A DNA stretch of 64,000 nt. It comes from Candidatus Micrarchaeota archaeon (GTDB taxonomy: Archaea; Micrarchaeota; Micrarchaeia; Micrarchaeales; CABMGC01). Positions 63,150 to 64,000 of this stretch are shown in pieces. Position 1 is the stretch's first letter. Each line of letters opens with the position of its first letter. The notes beneath the pieces are model-generated. The model was not told where the DNA came from, searched no databases, and saw nothing but the letters and a program-made list of their open reading frames with translations. Location: contig JAJZKO010000001.1 of NCBI GenBank assembly GCA_021850805.1, positions 45,885 through 109,884 of the forward strand, in the 5' to 3' direction. The translations under genes were made by a program, and so were the position numbers.

Positions 63150-63968
63150 ATGGTAGAGAATGTAGATGTTAATGGGGAAATGGTAGAGTACCGGAGCGGC
63201 GATCATAAGATAAAGGCTTACGTGGCATCGCCTAACTCTGAGACTGGCAAACTTCCTGCAGTTATTGTTGTGCATGAAATATTTGGGCTTGATGCCCATA
63301 TAGAGGATGTCGCAAGGAGATTTGCGGCAGAGGGCTATATCGCCGTGGCCCCGGATCTGTACAGCAAACCGGGAATGCCTGTGACTCCGCAGGAGATAGA
63401 GAAAGGCATGGGGTTTATGATGAGCCTGCCGCCATCTGAGATGAGAAATCATGAGTATGTCGCTGCCAGGATACAGGAGCTTCCGAAGGATGATGGGGAG
63501 GTCGTGGGAAAGGCGATAAGATGGCTCACCGGAAGGAACCTTGATGAGCATGTTCCTGACCTTAAAGCAGGATTTGAGTGGGTTGCCCGGAACAGGTCGG
63601 TTGATAAGAATAGGATATTCGCGATAGGATTCTGTATGGGAGGCACGCTGGTAGGTAAGCTTGCCGCTGAGGGCACGGAGCTTGCAGGGGCAAGCATATT
63701 CTATGGGGAGAATCCAGCTGCTGAGAAGATAGCCAGGATAAAGTGCCCTGTGCTAGGCATATACGGTGGGGAGGACCATAGGATAACTGACAAGGTGCCA
63801 GAGCTTGAGAAGCTTATGAAGGAGAATGGCAAGAGCTTCAGGTACAGGATTTTCCCTGGCGCGTATCATGCGTTCTTCAACGATACCAGGAAGATGTACA
63901 ACAAGGAAGCTGCCGCAGATGCCTGGAGAGAGGTTCTTGGCTTCTTTGGAAAAGAGGGAAATGAGTAG
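63150..63968 (+). CDS. dienelactone hydrolase family protein
   Basis: Internal ATG (MVENVDVNGEMVEY). Motifs PAVIVVHEIFGL, AIGFCMGG (nucleophile Cys) and FPGAYHAF. Confidence 0.88.
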   Translation: MVENVDVNGEMVEYRSGDHKIKAYVASPNSETGKLPAVIVVHEIFGLDAHIEDVARRFAAEGYIAVAPDLYSKPGMPVTPQEIEKGMGFMMSLPPSEMRNHEYVAARIQELPKDDGEVVGKAIRWLTGRNLDEHVPDLKAGFEWVARNRSVDKNRIFAIGFCMGGTLVGKLAAEGTELAGASIFYGENPAAEKIARIKCPVLGIYGGEDHRITDKVPELEKLMKENGKSFRYRIFPGAYHAFFNDTRKMYNKEAAADAWREVLGFFGKEGNE

Positions 63969-64000
63969 GTGCATGCATGCAGGAAAGGCTAGAGTGGAAA

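Noticed and set aside
1-64000. Search for CRISPR arrays, tRNA genes, integrases, transposases and IS termini.
   Set aside because: I saw no short direct-repeat/spacer periodicity, no cloverleaf-like sequence in the intergenic regions I read, and no DDE, tyrosine or serine recombinase motifs in any ORF. Absence was judged by eye only.

Overview
Gene-dense archaeal chromosomal window. Archaeal markers are top6B, the spt5-rpl11 pair, class III (prepilin-type) signal peptides, an unlinked 5S rRNA gene and a Nuo operon without nuoEFG. My lineage guess is an acidophile-type DPANN/Micrarchaeota-like or Thermoplasmata-like organism. This is low confidence: Topo VI is reported absent from Thermoplasmatales proper, which argues against that order. 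From 1-37 kb the content is mostly housekeeping: a PrpD-family gene, a crotonase-thiolase-3-hydroxyacyl-CoA dehydrogenase operon, secF-secD, NMD3, an APC permease, an M48-like protease, Trm5, spt5-rpl11, an EndoIII-like glycosylase, a polyprenyl synthase, an orphan 5S rRNA, MFS and FNR-like genes. It also holds a type IV pilus-like locus (ATPase, two half-size PilC/TadBC-like membrane proteins and about 7 pilin-like genes), nuoABCDHIJKLN (no nuoM), MazG, a class III aminotransferase, a KH protein, top6B and a LamG pilin-like adhesin. From 37.8-63 kb the content is very different. Two long minus-strand gene chains encode almost only unrecognisable membrane or surface proteins. They are organised around a VirB4/HerA-clade ATPase and a second DUF87/HerA-like ATPase. 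They include six tandem paralogous polytopic membrane proteins with a shared R-x-x-GG motif, a VirB2/CedA1-like two-helix protein, a sequon-rich 789-aa surface protein and a very basic membrane-anchored protein. I read this block as a candidate undescribed archaeal T4SS/Ced-Ted-like transfer or surface apparatus (inference only, no searches run). Inside it lies a perfect 233-bp inverted repeat with a 132-bp spacer. The repeat duplicates the 3' end of one membrane-protein gene and supplies the 5' end of the neighbouring gene. Other oddities are a 41-aa metallothionein-like C-x-C peptide translationally coupled to an esterase, and a decayed pilin gene remnant at 7.8 kb. No CRISPR array, tRNA, integrase or transposase was recognised. 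All calls rest on reading the translations and sequence by eye; no database or HMM search was possible.
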